Of a DNA stretch of 64,000 nucleotides, positions 10,075 to 17,657 are shown piece by piece. Numbering within the stretch: position 1 is the first letter of the stretch; each line of letters begins with the position of its first letter. This DNA comes from a bacterium (lineage in GTDB: Bacteria > SZUA-79 > Acidulodesulfobacterales > Acidulodesulfobacteraceae), in assembly GCA_021802425.1 (NCBI GenBank), contig JAJZXJ010000002.1, positions 46,508-110,507 on the forward strand, given 5' to 3'. Made by a program: the position numbers and the translations under genes. A model generated the notes under the pieces. It saw only the letters and a list, made by a program, of their open reading frames with translations. It did no database searches and was not told the DNA's origin.

Positions 10075-10195
10075 TAGAATAACCTTCTTTCCGATATAGG
10101 AGGTAGCGCAGTTTCCCACCCTGCCCGAGCCGTTGACTATGGCTGGCTTTACCCCTTGCCGGTTTAAAAACCTCAGGTAGTAAAGCTCGAAGGAA
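10075..10195 (-). promoter_or_regulatory. Candidate Moco (molybdenum cofactor) riboswitch
   Basis: The minus-strand leader reads UUCGAGCU...CCGGCAAGGGGUAAAGCCAGCC...GGCUCGGGCAGGGUGGGAAAC...CUACCUCC. These blocks resemble the conserved GGCAAGG / AAAG / CUxGGGCA / CCUCC elements of the Moco RNA motif as I recall them. The element sits upstream of a molybdate-type permease. Confidence 0.5.
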
Positions 10196-10440
10196 TCAAT
10201 TTTATTTTCTTTGTAAGTTACGTTATATTTTAAGCTAATAAAATAATATGTCGTTTTGGTTTAATTGTCAAATAAATTTTAATGTTTGTTAATGTTTGCG
10301 GTAGATATCCGGAAAAAAATAGATTGGCAAGTTTGTTTAAGTTTGCTTTAATGCATATAAAGAATACCTTAAAGCATTAAATAATTCTGAAAAGACTAAA
10401 GGTTACCGAAGATTATAGAAAGAAAAATCATATCCTTAAT

Positions 10441-10469
10441 TTGACTTTTTGTATTTCCCGTGATAATCT
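10441..10469 (+). promoter_or_regulatory. Possible sigma70-type promoter for the B12-riboswitch/NiCoT unit
   Basis: TTGACT, then 17 nt, then TAATCT (with an overlapping GATAAT). It lies about 45 nt upstream of the riboswitch. Confidence 0.35.
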
Positions 10470-10511
10470 TTTAAAAAATCGTTCATTGTAAATGAATATA
10501 AACTAAACTTT

Positions 10512-10695
10512 ATCTTAAAAGTTTAGGGAAATAGGTGAAAATCCTGTGCTGTTCCCGCAGCCGTGATAACTTATAACGGGTTTTTCTTTTTAAAGCCGCT
10601 ATAAAGAATGTTCTACTTGGCCACTGGTAAGATTGATGAATACCGGGAAGGCGGAATGTTCTCATGTTTAAGCCGGAAGACCTGCTTTTTAAGGT
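10512..10695 (+). promoter_or_regulatory. Cobalamin (B12) riboswitch
   Basis: Conserved core AGGGAAauaGGUGAAAAUCCugugCuguuCCCGCaGCcGUgA. The B12 box GCCACUGg...CCGGGAAGGC starts at 10620. A P1-like pairing cuuaaaag/cuuuuuaag is visible. It lies directly upstream of a NiCoT gene. Confidence 0.8.
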
Positions 10696-10728
10696 ACTAT
10701 TTTAATTTAATTAGCGGGAGGTCTAATT

Positions 10729-11772
10729 ATGTTTTTACATCCTTTTAATTCATTAACTTTTAAAAAAAGGCTTATCCTTCTTTACGCATTTTTAATTGCT
10801 TTTCTGTTATTTTCCGTAATTATATTGATCGACAGGTCAAGGGTCTTTCCTGCACTGTTAAGTTTAGGCACGCTTGCTTTTTTCTTTGGCTTAAAGCATG
10901 CCATGGATGCCGATCATATTGCCGCAATCGATAACACGACAAGAAAATTAATGAATGACGGTCAAAAGCCGATCGGCGTCGGATTTTTCTTCTCAATCGG
11001 GCACGCATTGTCGGTCTTTGTTTTAACAATAATAACGATTATAATTGGAACATTTGTAGTTAAAGCTTATCCTGAATTGGGTAATTTAGGCAGTATGCTC
11101 GGAACAGGCGTTTCGGCTTTATTTTTATATTTAATTGCATTTATGAATCTCGTCATTCTGGTAAATATCGTTAAGATTGCAGGGGATTTTAAAAACATTA
11201 AAAATAAAAAAATAGAAGATGAACTTTTAAAAAGAGGATTCATGTTCCGGTATTTTAGCGGCATCATGAAACTCATTACATCAAGCTGGCAGATGTTTTT
11301 TATCGGACTTTTATTCGGTATAGGTTTTGATACGGCAACCGAGGTTGGCGTATTATCTATTTCAGCCGTATTTGCTTCATCCGGCAGACCGCTAATCGAT
11401 GTTTTGATACTGCCTTTAGTATTTGCGTCCGGCATGCTATTACTTGATTCGACCGACGGGGTCATAATGCAGTATGCTTATAGCTGGGCTTTCTTGAATC
11501 CTGTAAGGAAAATCTTTTACAACATTTCTATCACAAGCATTTCTGTTTTTTTAGCATTTTGCATCGGAACGGTGGAATGGCTCCAGGTTATAGGAATGGA
11601 ATTTAATTTTACGGGGGAACCGTGGGATTTCTTTAATAATATTTCCTTTGCAATGTTAGGCGGGATTATAGCGGGCATATTGACATCGGCATGGCTCGTG
11701 TCATTGCTGGTTTATAAGTTCACAGGGGTTGAAGAAAGATATGATGACGGTAAAAAGCGGCTTACTTTATGA
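10729..11772 (+). CDS. HoxN/HupN/NixA-family nickel/cobalt transporter (NiCoT), probably cobalt uptake
   Basis: Signature LKHAMDADHIAAIDN (HAxDADHI) in TM2 and FFFSIGHA in TM3. 347 aa, polytopic. It is preceded by a B12 riboswitch. Confidence 0.85.
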   Translation: MFLHPFNSLTFKKRLILLYAFLIAFLLFSVIILIDRSRVFPALLSLGTLAFFFGLKHAMDADHIAAIDNTTRKLMNDGQKPIGVGFFFSIGHALSVFVLTIITIIIGTFVVKAYPELGNLGSMLGTGVSALFLYLIAFMNLVILVNIVKIAGDFKNIKNKKIEDELLKRGFMFRYFSGIMKLITSSWQMFFIGLLFGIGFDTATEVGVLSISAVFASSGRPLIDVLILPLVFASGMLLLDSTDGVIMQYAYSWAFLNPVRKIFYNISITSISVFLAFCIGTVEWLQVIGMEFNFTGEPWDFFNNISFAMLGGIIAGILTSAWLVSLLVYKFTGVEERYDDGKKRLTL

Positions 11773-11814
11773 TCATTTAATTCCTGAAATATATTATATG
11801 GGGGGATTTTAATT

Positions 11815-12597
11815 ATGAATGTCGATTTAAAAGGTAAGAGAGCTTTAATTACGGGCGCAAGTTCGGGACTCGGCGAGGTTATTGCCAGAGAATTTGCAGC
11901 CGATGGGGCAAAGATAGGCCTTAACTACCATTCGGAAGCGGAAGCAGCCGGGGAAATTGCCTCAGGGATAAGAAAAAATGGCGGCGCCGTGCTTACTTTG
12001 CAGTCCGATGTTTCGGATGCGGGTTCGGTTGAAACAATGATAAATGCTTTTGTAAAAGAATGGGGCGGAATAGATGTTCTCGTGAATAATGCCGGAATCG
12101 ACGGGGTTCGCTCTCTTGTGTGGGAATCCGATATAGCCGAGTGGGAAAAGGTAGTAAAAATTAACCTATTCGGGCCGTTTTACTGCTCCAGAGAGGCTTT
12201 AAAATATATGGTAATTCAAAAAAGCGGCGTAATTTTAAATATAACTTCTGTCCATGAAAATATTCCATGGAGCGGCTATAGCAGTTATACCGCCGCAAAA
12301 GCCGGTTTATCTATGTTAACAAAAACTATGGCTCAGGAAGTGGGGTCTTTAGGAATAAGAATAATGTCTTTAGCTCCCGGCGCAATTAAAACGCCTATTA
12401 ATCAAAATGTTTGGGATAATCCCGAAACCCTTGGCAATCTTCTTAAAAAAATACCGCTTGGAAGAATGGGAGAGTGTGAAGAAGTAGCCCGGGTAGCCGC
12501 TTTTTTGGTTTCCGATCATGCGTCGTATGTGACAGGTAGTACAATATTTGTGGATGGAGCAATGATCGATTATTCTAATTTTACGCATGGAGGCTAA
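11815..12597 (+). CDS. Short-chain dehydrogenase/reductase (glucose-1-dehydrogenase/FabG-like)
   Basis: TGASSGLG cofactor motif, NNAG, and the catalytic S...YTAAK triad. 260 aa. Confidence 0.8.
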   Translation: MNVDLKGKRALITGASSGLGEVIAREFAADGAKIGLNYHSEAEAAGEIASGIRKNGGAVLTLQSDVSDAGSVETMINAFVKEWGGIDVLVNNAGIDGVRSLVWESDIAEWEKVVKINLFGPFYCSREALKYMVIQKSGVILNITSVHENIPWSGYSSYTAAKAGLSMLTKTMAQEVGSLGIRIMSLAPGAIKTPINQNVWDNPETLGNLLKKIPLGRMGECEEVARVAAFLVSDHASYVTGSTIFVDGAMIDYSNFTHGG

Positions 12598-12724
12598 CTT
12601 ACTCTAATTAATGAAATTAATTAAAAATAAAAAATTAGGATTTAGTCTGATCTTTAATTTGATAAAAGTATAAATGTAAATAACAAATAATAACGATAAA
12701 CGGAAGATTAAGAGGATAAAAAGA

Positions 12725-15094
12725 ATGTCAGAGTCAATTTTTGCTCCGGGATGGCCGGGAATTCCAGGGCGATGGACGAGTTCTAATAAAAGCGGGGTCG
12801 GAACCGCTTTTAAAGGAAGCCCCGTCTGGTTTACTATTTCCCACGGCATCCTGAATGAAGTATATTCTCCAAGAATAGACGAGGCCGCCATCCGCGACCT
12901 CGGTTTTATTATTACGGCAGACGGCGGTTTTTTTTCCGAAGAAAAACGTCACGCCGTTCATTCATCGTCGCTTTTTTATGCAGGCGTTCCCGCTTATCAT
13001 CTCGAAAGTGTCTGCGACAGGGGATATTACCGCTTCGAAAAAGATATTATAACCGATCCCGATAGACCCGTAGTTCTTATAAGAGGAAAGTTTACTCCAT
13101 TAAAACCCGGAAATTACAGGCTTTATGTAATTACTGGTTCGCATATCGGCAATTACGGCGCAGGCAATACGGCATGGGTTAGTGATTACAAAGGAATTAC
13201 GGGGCTTTTTGCTTCCCGTCACAACACTTCCCTCTGTCTTATGAGCAATACCGGTTTTAAAGCCTGTTCGGTGGGTTTTGTCGGATTTTCCGACGGGTGG
13301 CAGGATTTAATAAAGCACGGGAATCTCGGTTCGCTTTATACAAGGGCGGAAAACGGAAATGTGGCGCTTACCGGTGAAATAGATATTAAAAACGATACTT
13401 TTGTTTTAGCGCTTGGATTTGGACGCAATCCTTCGGAAGCCGCACAGCAATCGAGGGCATCCCTTAACGAGGGTTTTCAAAACATACTTAATTCTTATAG
13501 CGGAGTATGGCAAGAGTTCTGGCAAAAGCAAAAACCGGTTTTCTATGCCGAAAAACACAAACTTTTTTCAATAAGCGCTATGGTTATTCTTACCCACAGT
13601 TCTAAATATGTTCCCGGAGCTATTCTTGCAAGCCTTGCCGTACCATGGGGTTTTTCTAAGGGCGACGGAGATCTTGGCGGTTATCACCTGATTTGGCCGC
13701 GTGATATGGTACAGTCCGCAGGCGGTCTTATCGCCGCAGGCATTAAAACGGAAGTGAGGAATTTACTCGTTTATCTTGAATCGACTCAGGAATCTGATGG
13801 ACATTGGCCTCAAAATATGTGGATTGACGGCTTTCCGTATTGGAGCGGCATACAGATGGATGAAACAGCCCTGCCCATTCTGCTTTTTGACCTTGCCCGC
13901 AGGGAGACGGCGCTTTTAGAGGGAGATACTTATCGTTTTTGGCCCATGATAAAAAAAGCTCTCTGTTATATAGTTAAAAATGGGCCCGTTACCCAACAAG
14001 ACCGCTGGGAAGAAAACGGAGGATATACCCCGTTTACTCTCGCAGCCGAAATTGCCGCTCTTATAACCGGCGCCGAACTTGCCGAATTAGCGGGCGAAGA
14101 AGGTGCCGCTCCTTATCTGCGCGAGACCGCAGACTCTTGGTATTCATGTATCGACCGCTGGCTTTATGTAAAAGGCGGGGAGCTTGCGGATAAAACAGGG
14201 GTTGAAGGTTATTATGTCAGGGTTACTCCCCCTGATTTTGAAGAAGGCGACGATACTATTCGTATTAAAAACCGTCCTCCCGCTTCCTGTTATCCACATG
14301 TTGCCTCCGTGGTATGCACCGATGCCTTAGCTTTTGTTCGTTTTGGGTTAAGAAATGCAGACGACTCGCGAATATTTAACACATTAAAGGTTATAGACGC
14401 TTTGCTTAAAGTAGAAACTCCTTCGGGACCATGCTGGCATAGGTATAACGGCGACGGCTACGGCGAACACGAAGACGGAAGCCCATTTGACGGTACGGGG
14501 AGGGGGCGGCTGTGGCCTTTACTCACCGGCGAGCGCGCCCATTATAACATAGCTGCAGGAAATTTCAAAGAGGCGGAGCGTTTGCTTGAAACTATGGAAG
14601 GTATGGCAGACGGCATCGGACTTTTGCCCGAACAGGTATGGGACAGCCATGACATACCTGAGAGAGAGCTTTTTTTCGGCCGTCCGACGGGTTCGGCAAT
14701 GCCCCTGGTATGGGCACATGCCGAATATTTAAAACTTGTTCGTTCGCTTACGGAAGAAAGGGTGTTCGATATGCCGCCCCAGACGGTTTTCCGTTACCTT
14801 AAAAACGGTATAACATCCGATCTTATGCAATGGCGCTTTAATCATAAACTGCATAAGATGCCGCAGGGCAAAACATTGCGCATCGAAACCCTTTCCCCTG
14901 CTATAGTTCGCTGGAGCGATGACGGCTGGCATACGGTTAAAGATACGCAAACAAAAGATTCAGGTTTCGGGGTTTATTATGCCGATTTGCCTTCTTCGGG
15001 TATTCCTGAGGACGGTGAAATAGCTTTTACATTTTATTGGATAAACGCCAACCGTTGGGAAGGAAATGATTTCCATATACGAATACAACCTTAA
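12725..15094 (+). CDS. GH15 glucoamylase / glucan 1,4-alpha-glucosidase (bacterial-archaeal type with N-terminal beta-sandwich)
   Basis: The N-terminus FAPGWPGIPGRWTSSNKSGVGTA, LIWPRDMVQSAGGL, QDRWEENGGYTPFT and the LLPEQVWD blocks are typical of prokaryotic glucoamylases. 789 aa. Confidence 0.8.
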   Translation: MSESIFAPGWPGIPGRWTSSNKSGVGTAFKGSPVWFTISHGILNEVYSPRIDEAAIRDLGFIITADGGFFSEEKRHAVHSSSLFYAGVPAYHLESVCDRGYYRFEKDIITDPDRPVVLIRGKFTPLKPGNYRLYVITGSHIGNYGAGNTAWVSDYKGITGLFASRHNTSLCLMSNTGFKACSVGFVGFSDGWQDLIKHGNLGSLYTRAENGNVALTGEIDIKNDTFVLALGFGRNPSEAAQQSRASLNEGFQNILNSYSGVWQEFWQKQKPVFYAEKHKLFSISAMVILTHSSKYVPGAILASLAVPWGFSKGDGDLGGYHLIWPRDMVQSAGGLIAAGIKTEVRNLLVYLESTQESDGHWPQNMWIDGFPYWSGIQMDETALPILLFDLARRETALLEGDTYRFWPMIKKALCYIVKNGPVTQQDRWEENGGYTPFTLAAEIAALITGAELAELAGEEGAAPYLRETADSWYSCIDRWLYVKGGELADKTGVEGYYVRVTPPDFEEGDDTIRIKNRPPASCYPHVASVVCTDALAFVRFGLRNADDSRIFNTLKVIDALLKVETPSGPCWHRYNGDGYGEHEDGSPFDGTGRGRLWPLLTGERAHYNIAAGNFKEAERLLETMEGMADGIGLLPEQVWDSHDIPERELFFGRPTGSAMPLVWAHAEYLKLVRSLTEERVFDMPPQTVFRYLKNGITSDLMQWRFNHKLHKMPQGKTLRIETLSPAIVRWSDDGWHTVKDTQTKDSGFGVYYADLPSSGIPEDGEIAFTFYWINANRWEGNDFHIRIQP

Positions 15095-15139
15095 GCGAAA
15101 ATCGGGAGGAACATCCCATCCCGCCATGCTAATCCTATA

Positions 15140-15916
15140 TTAAATTAACGACTTAAAGCGTTTTTCCGTATTTTTAAATATATTATAAGGGTCGTGTTCA
15201 AAATGGTAAATTTTGGCAACTTCTATTTTGAGCCATGGATCCCATTTATTAAGTATAATAAGGGAAATAAAGACGCCGGCGAACGGACCTATCCAATATA
15301 CCCACCACCCGCTCCACATTCCAGATACCAAAGACGGCCCCAGACTGCGTGCGGGATTAGTACTTGTTCCAGAAATAGGCGCTTCAAAATAAACCATAAT
15401 AGCATATAAAAATGGAAAAAGAGCCGGGGTATAAGGTCTTAATTTTTTATGCCCCAGAAAGAAAAAAAGACCCGCAATCAAAAAGAATGTTGTTATGGAT
15501 TCTCCGATAACTGCGGCAAGAACACCTGTTTTTCCGGGAAAGGTAGCTCCGTAGAATACCCCTTTTCCTAATTTTCCCCAGACGAGAAGAGCGGAGGCGC
15601 CGGCAATGCCGCCAAGAAGCTGAGATATGACATAGCCTAAAGCTACATAAGTTTTAATTTTTCCTTTTAACCAAAATGAGAGTGTTACTGCCGGATTAAT
15701 ATGGGCGCCGCTCCATTTGCCGACAGGCGAAAATGTAATTAACATTCCCGTGCTTCCGAACAAAAAGCCGGTAATAATACGCCTTAATCCGGCGTTTGGA
15801 ATCATTGCCGGTATAGGGCTTCCTTTGGCAAAATCAAGAATAACAAAAGAAAGGCCTATACTTATAAGCAGCGCCGTTCCTATAAATTCAGAAAGATATA
15901 ATCTCCATATTTTCAT
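15140..15916 (-). CDS. MIP-family channel (aquaporin/aquaglyceroporin)
   Basis: Two NPA boxes (HINPAVTL and TNPARSLGP) and six hydrophobic segments. 258 aa. Confidence 0.85.
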   Translation of the reverse strand: MKIWRLYLSEFIGTALLISIGLSFVILDFAKGSPIPAMIPNAGLRRIITGFLFGSTGMLITFSPVGKWSGAHINPAVTLSFWLKGKIKTYVALGYVISQLLGGIAGASALLVWGKLGKGVFYGATFPGKTGVLAAVIGESITTFFLIAGLFFFLGHKKLRPYTPALFPFLYAIMVYFEAPISGTSTNPARSLGPSLVSGMWSGWWVYWIGPFAGVFISLIILNKWDPWLKIEVAKIYHFEHDPYNIFKNTEKRFKSLI

Positions 15917-15993
15917 TGGCTAAGCTTTAATTAAATATAATCTCCGAATTATTTTATTTCCGGCCGATTTATTGTATTTTTTATTATATTATC

Positions 15994-16767
15994 TTAAAAT
16001 TTAACATTAATATTAATGCTCGATATTGTATTAAACGGTTTAAATCCCGCAGGAACAAGCGTTTGATATTCAAGTTCATAGTAGATAGCAAGATATACGT
16101 TTTTTACTATTTTTGTGCTAAGTTTAGTTAAAGATTCGTAAAAAGAACCGCCTTTGTTTGCGAGATATGCCGTGATTTCCTCTTTAAACTTGACGCCTTT
16201 ATTTAATTTCCAATGATACTTCGCTCTAATCATTGTCGTAACAGATCCAAAATACGGACCGCCGATAATTTTTTCCTGCCTTAATCCCGGCGCTAATTCT
16301 ATGGACGAATTCATATTTTTAGAAATAATAAACTTTTTACCGTAGCCGATATTTTCGTATATTCTGTATCCGAACCCCGTAACAATATTCCTATCGAATC
16401 TTTCATCGGCAAAAATATAAGAAGTTTTGTTAAAATAATAAGATGAATTTTCTTGCGCAATAAGCCTTAAATAACTGAGCTGGCTATATTCTGTTATGTA
16501 ATTGTAAACAAACCTGAGTTTATGACGCCATGGATAGTTTTTATATTTTAGATAGTCCCGCGTATTTATATTAAATGACGGAATCGTTCCTGTCGTGTTT
16601 GATATTCCAAGACCGATGCCCGCTTTTAGATTTTTATTATTTGTCTTTGTATTTGCATAAGATATTCCGGTAAAAACAATTAAATTTGCAAATAAAATAA
16701 AGAATAATACAAAAATTAATTTGCTTAAGATTTTAATGTAATTTTTTAAAATATTTATAATATACAT
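15994..16767 (-). CDS. Putative outer-membrane beta-barrel protein (DUF481/YdiY-like)
   Basis: N-terminal signal-like segment, alternating aromatic/polar beta-strand pattern, and a C-terminal ...NINVKF with terminal Phe. Confidence 0.4.
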   Translation of the reverse strand: MYIINILKNYIKILSKLIFVLFFILFANLIVFTGISYANTKTNNKNLKAGIGLGISNTTGTIPSFNINTRDYLKYKNYPWRHKLRFVYNYITEYSQLSYLRLIAQENSSYYFNKTSYIFADERFDRNIVTGFGYRIYENIGYGKKFIISKNMNSSIELAPGLRQEKIIGGPYFGSVTTMIRAKYHWKLNKGVKFKEEITAYLANKGGSFYESLTKLSTKIVKNVYLAIYYELEYQTLVPAGFKPFNTISSININVKF

Positions 16768-16809
16768 TAAATAATATGTTAAGATGTTCTAATTTGATAT
16801 TGATAAAAA

Positions 16810-17376
16810 TTATCTTTTGATTATTTTATGGCCGGCCTGCTCAAATCTTGTAACTTTCCATTCTAAAAATGGTTTATATTGAAAAACCGCCGCGGCGTTT
16901 TTAGTTTTTAAAGTCGTAAATAATTTTGGATGCATATTATTTTTACTCATAAGCCTGTAAATGTAGTTCGGATTAAATTTGAAAATAAAAAACGCTTTAG
17001 CTTTTTTACGGGAAATAAATCTAAGATTATATGCTTTAATTATTTTTAATGTTCCAAGTCTTATATATGTTCTATCGGCTATTTTAAATAAGTAAGGTTT
17101 AAAAAGCGGCGTAAAAGAGGTATAGCCCAATTTTTTGTGAAACTTGATATACCCGCCTTTTAATAAGAGCATATAAAATTTATCGTTATTAAGACTGGCA
17201 GCCCTGGTATAGGGCAATGCAAAAAAGACGGAAGAATTTATTTTTTCTATTATTAATTTTTTCGCAAGGGCTTTTGTGAGGATTTCCGGCTTTTGAGCGC
17301 ACCCGGATAGGAATAAAGGCAGCAAAAAGATAATAGTTAAGACTATAGCCGATAATTTTGATTTTTTCATAAACAT
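16810..17376 (-). CDS. Hypothetical lipoprotein
   Basis: Signal peptide with the lipobox LFLSGC. Lys-rich, with no recognisable domain. Confidence 0.5.
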   Translation of the reverse strand: MFMKKSKLSAIVLTIIFLLPLFLSGCAQKPEILTKALAKKLIIEKINSSVFFALPYTRAASLNNDKFYMLLLKGGYIKFHKKLGYTSFTPLFKPYLFKIADRTYIRLGTLKIIKAYNLRFISRKKAKAFFIFKFNPNYIYRLMSKNNMHPKLFTTLKTKNAAAVFQYKPFLEWKVTRFEQAGHKIIKR

Positions 17377-17431
17377 CCTTCCTTAAATAATTCTACCATG
17401 TTCTTTAAATCTTTTCAAAATGTTTGACTAA

Positions 17432-17646
17432 CCCCAATCCCGATTTAGAAAATATTTATATATTCCAATGATAAGCAATCCTGGATTCCCGCCTGCGCGG
17501 GAATGACTATGTGAGAATTGAGGTTTTCACCCAACAGGCATCCCAACCCGCTTCAGCGGGAAAGTTTCAAAGAAACTTCACGAGCACCGTTAGGTGCGAG
17601 AGCGAAGCGTTAATCCAGAAAATAAAATCCTAAATCGGGATTTGGG
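17432..17646. mobile_element. MITE-like structured intergenic repeat, complete copy (copy A)
   Basis: Terminal inverted repeats ccccaatcccgatttag (17432-17448) and ctaaatcgggatttggg (17630-17646). The interior holds stacked hairpins: attcccgc-ctgc-gcgggaat at 17485-17504, cccgc-ttca-gcggg, and gcacc-gtta-ggtgc. It has no coding capacity. The core is shared with 24915-25101. Confidence 0.55.
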
Positions 17647-17657
17647 ATTTTATTTTT

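Noticed and set aside
10270-10385. Short AT-rich direct and inverted repeats in the divergent spacer (taatgtttg x2, aagtttg x2, tttaatgc...gcattaaa)
   Set aside because: Repeats of 7-9 nt are expected by chance in such AT-rich DNA. No known operator consensus was recognised. They are worth revisiting only if a regulator is identified.
12604-12961. Minus-strand ORFs 12604..12891 and 12734..12961
   Set aside because: They overlap the well-supported start of the GH15 glucoamylase on the opposite strand. The sequence is low-complexity with no motifs.
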